From a virus (lineage: Duplodnaviria > Caudoviricetes), in the IMG/VR virus record IMGVR_UViG_3300021560_000015, positions 1 to 64,000 of that record: DNA of 64,000 bases; one strand, given 5' to 3'. This document shows positions 62,383-64,000 of the stretch, one piece after another; the stretch's first letter is position 1; every line of letters begins with the position of its first letter. Made by a program: the position numbers and the translations under genes. The notes beneath the pieces are model-generated. The model was not told where the DNA came from. It was given only the letters and a program-made list of their open reading frames with translations, and did no database searches.

Positions 62383-62871
62383 ATGGCCAACGAGCTGCCG
62401 ATGAGCGCGACGGTCACGCGCACACAGCTCGGCCTTCCGCCCCTACAGCTCAATGACGGTGTGATCTACCGCTGCTCGACCAGCGCCTTCCTGGGTGGCC
62501 AGGTGCAGTGGACCCGCAACCAGGTCAGCTCCATCTACATCGACGGTTCGGTCACGGTGGCCAGGCAGCGGCAGATCGTGAACGAGAACATCGCCTTCGA
62601 GGTCAGCGGCGTTGACGGCAACAACCTCAACGGCCCGCCCAATCAGAGCGCGTTCCAGAAGAACATGGCGGTGCTGATCGCGGCCTTTAGCCAGGACAGC
62701 TTCACCCTGGACCTGATCCTGGGCGACGTGAGCGAGGCCACGCACTACACCTATCTGTGCGAAGCCGCCGACGTACAGGTCACCTGGACCACCCCACGCT
62801 TCGTGGCCAAGCAGGGCCTGGTCACCTTCACCGTGCCGCGCCAACCGGTGCCGGTAGCCGGGGGAGTGTGA
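62383..62871 (+). CDS. Distal tail (Dit)-like minor tail protein
   Basis: Size, beta-rich pattern, position before other minor tail genes. Confidence 0.5.
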   Translation: MANELPMSATVTRTQLGLPPLQLNDGVIYRCSTSAFLGGQVQWTRNQVSSIYIDGSVTVARQRQIVNENIAFEVSGVDGNNLNGPPNQSAFQKNMAVLIAAFSQDSFTLDLILGDVSEATHYTYLCEAADVQVTWTTPRFVAKQGLVTFTVPRQPVPVAGGV

Positions 62872-63314
62872 TGGCCAGTTCGACCTATGGTTCGCAGCAG
62901 TGGGCAGCGCTGATGGTGGGCGTAGGCGCGCTGCCGGCCAGCTTCTACGTGGCGCTGTGCTTCGACGAGCCCGGCGAAGGCTGGGACGGCACTGTGCTGC
63001 AGACCCTCGAGCCGCCGGCGCTGGTGTCTACCGCCACCTACGCGCGGACGGCACTGGGGCTGGGCTCGAGCAACTGGGCGATGGCCGATGCGGGCTACGC
63101 GACCACCACGGTGGCGGTCACCTTCCCCACCCCGGATGTGGACTGGGGGCAGATGCCCTGGTTCGCGCTGACCGACAACGCCACCGCCGGCAACCTGTGG
63201 TGCTGGGAGCAGTTCACCGACATCCTGACCATCACCGCGGGCTCGACCATCGTGATCCCCGCCGGCTCGATCTCCATCGAGTTGGCCAACCTGCTGCCCT
63301 CGATCGCGGAGTAG
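62871..63314 (+). CDS. Minor tail protein
   Basis: YVALC...P...YART....W.....F.....WG....FAL.D..T.GN. Confidence 0.7.
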   Translation: MASSTYGSQQWAALMVGVGALPASFYVALCFDEPGEGWDGTVLQTLEPPALVSTATYARTALGLGSSNWAMADAGYATTTVAVTFPTPDVDWGQMPWFALTDNATAGNLWCWEQFTDILTITAGSTIVIPAGSISIELANLLPSIAE

Positions 63315-63317
63315 GCG

Positions 63318-63698
63318 ATGGCTGCTGTCGGGATGACCACCTATGGCAAACAGCAGATGCTGGCCATCAGCACCGGGCTGTTGGCACCGCCCACTTTGTA
63401 TCTAGCGCTGTGCACCACCAGTGGCGACCCATCCGGCACCGTCACCGAGCTCGCGGTGGCCAACTACACCCGCCAGCCGGTGCCGTTCTTCGCGGTGAGC
63501 GCAGACCAGATGGCCAACAGCGCCGACATCGTGTTCCTGGCACTCGGGCCGGGCAGCTTCCTCGGCGCCCAGCTGATTGATGCTCTCAGTGGCACCACGG
63601 TGTGGGCTTGGGTGGACCAGGCCAGCGCCTTCACCATCTCGGCGGGAGGGACCGACCTGACCTTCCCACTCGGCACGCTCACCCTGACGAGGACCTGA
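63318..63698 (+). CDS. Minor tail protein (paralog-like to previous)
   Basis: LYLALCT..G...E....YTRQPV.F...N.ADIVF. Confidence 0.7.
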   Translation: MAAVGMTTYGKQQMLAISTGLLAPPTLYLALCTTSGDPSGTVTELAVANYTRQPVPFFAVSADQMANSADIVFLALGPGSFLGAQLIDALSGTTVWAWVDQASAFTISAGGTDLTFPLGTLTLTRT

Positions 63699-63853
63699 TG
63701 AGACGGCGCATCGGATTGTGGTTCTGCGAGCACCTGGGCTGGCACCCGCAGCGCTATGTCGTGCCCAGCGGCTGCGACGGTTGCTCGTTTGAAGCGATCT
63801 GCATGCGCTGTGGCTATGAGGGGCTGCTGGATAGCAACGGGGATCTGTTCTGA
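63698..63853 (+). CDS. Small Cys/His hypothetical protein
   Basis: FCEHLGWH...C.RCG...L.DSNGDLF. Confidence 0.6.
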   Translation: MRRRIGLWFCEHLGWHPQRYVVPSGCDGCSFEAICMRCGYEGLLDSNGDLF

Positions 63854-64000
63854 TGGCCAAAGTGACCGCGCCGGCCTTGGCGTTCCAGGACAGCTTCACG
63901 ATGGCCATGGCACTGGCCGCGCCCACCGTCGGGCTGCACACCCTAGATCAACCGCCGCAGCCGGTGATTATGGCGGTCAAGATCCACGCTCGGCTGGTGG
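63853..64000 (+). CDS. Probable minor tail protein (3' truncated)
   Basis: TGATG overlap; open to the window end. Confidence 0.4.
   Translation, partial: MAKVTAPALAFQDSFTMAMALAAPTVGLHTLDQPPQPVIMAVKIHARLV

Overview
About 64 kb of a high-GC tailed dsDNA phage genome, most likely an actinobacterial siphovirus (WhiB, Lsr2-like domain, DUF1906-type endolysin, 2240-aa tape measure). Layout: terminase end and portal (1-2.5 kb); an unusual ~13 kb block of probable virion-internal cargo genes with an embedded XkdF-type prohead protease (2.5-15.7 kb); scaffold, capsid, neck, two near-identical tail tube genes, frameshifted tail chaperone and tape measure (15.7-29.1 kb); a leftward early region of small accessory and recombination genes (29.2-49.3 kb); a rightward regulation/replication block with WhiB, repressor/Cro pair, SSB, two tRNAs, initiator and primase-helicase (49.4-57.2 kb); then endolysin and distal tail genes (57.5-64 kb). 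No integrase, DNA polymerase, reverse transcriptase or CRISPR array is visible. Top observation: a candidate capsid-cargo system. Seven SAFG[VI][DE]H-x(3-4)-I-x-K tags occur (five at gene starts, one inside the portal tail, one internal), with many hydrophobic-x-K sites shared with the scaffold. Payloads resemble two ADP-ribosyltransferases, a SLOG domain, KTSC, a degenerate JAB-like domain and repeated basic Gly/Ala-rich helical modules. Also notable: a six-copy late-promoter consensus (ACG-N15-GANNNT), an eight-copy strand-biased 11-mer (CCACACCCACC) at early-gene starts, a ubiquitin-like diglycine protein with a coupled Cys-His partner, and a candidate small RNA. All domain calls come from motif recognition by eye; no searches were run.
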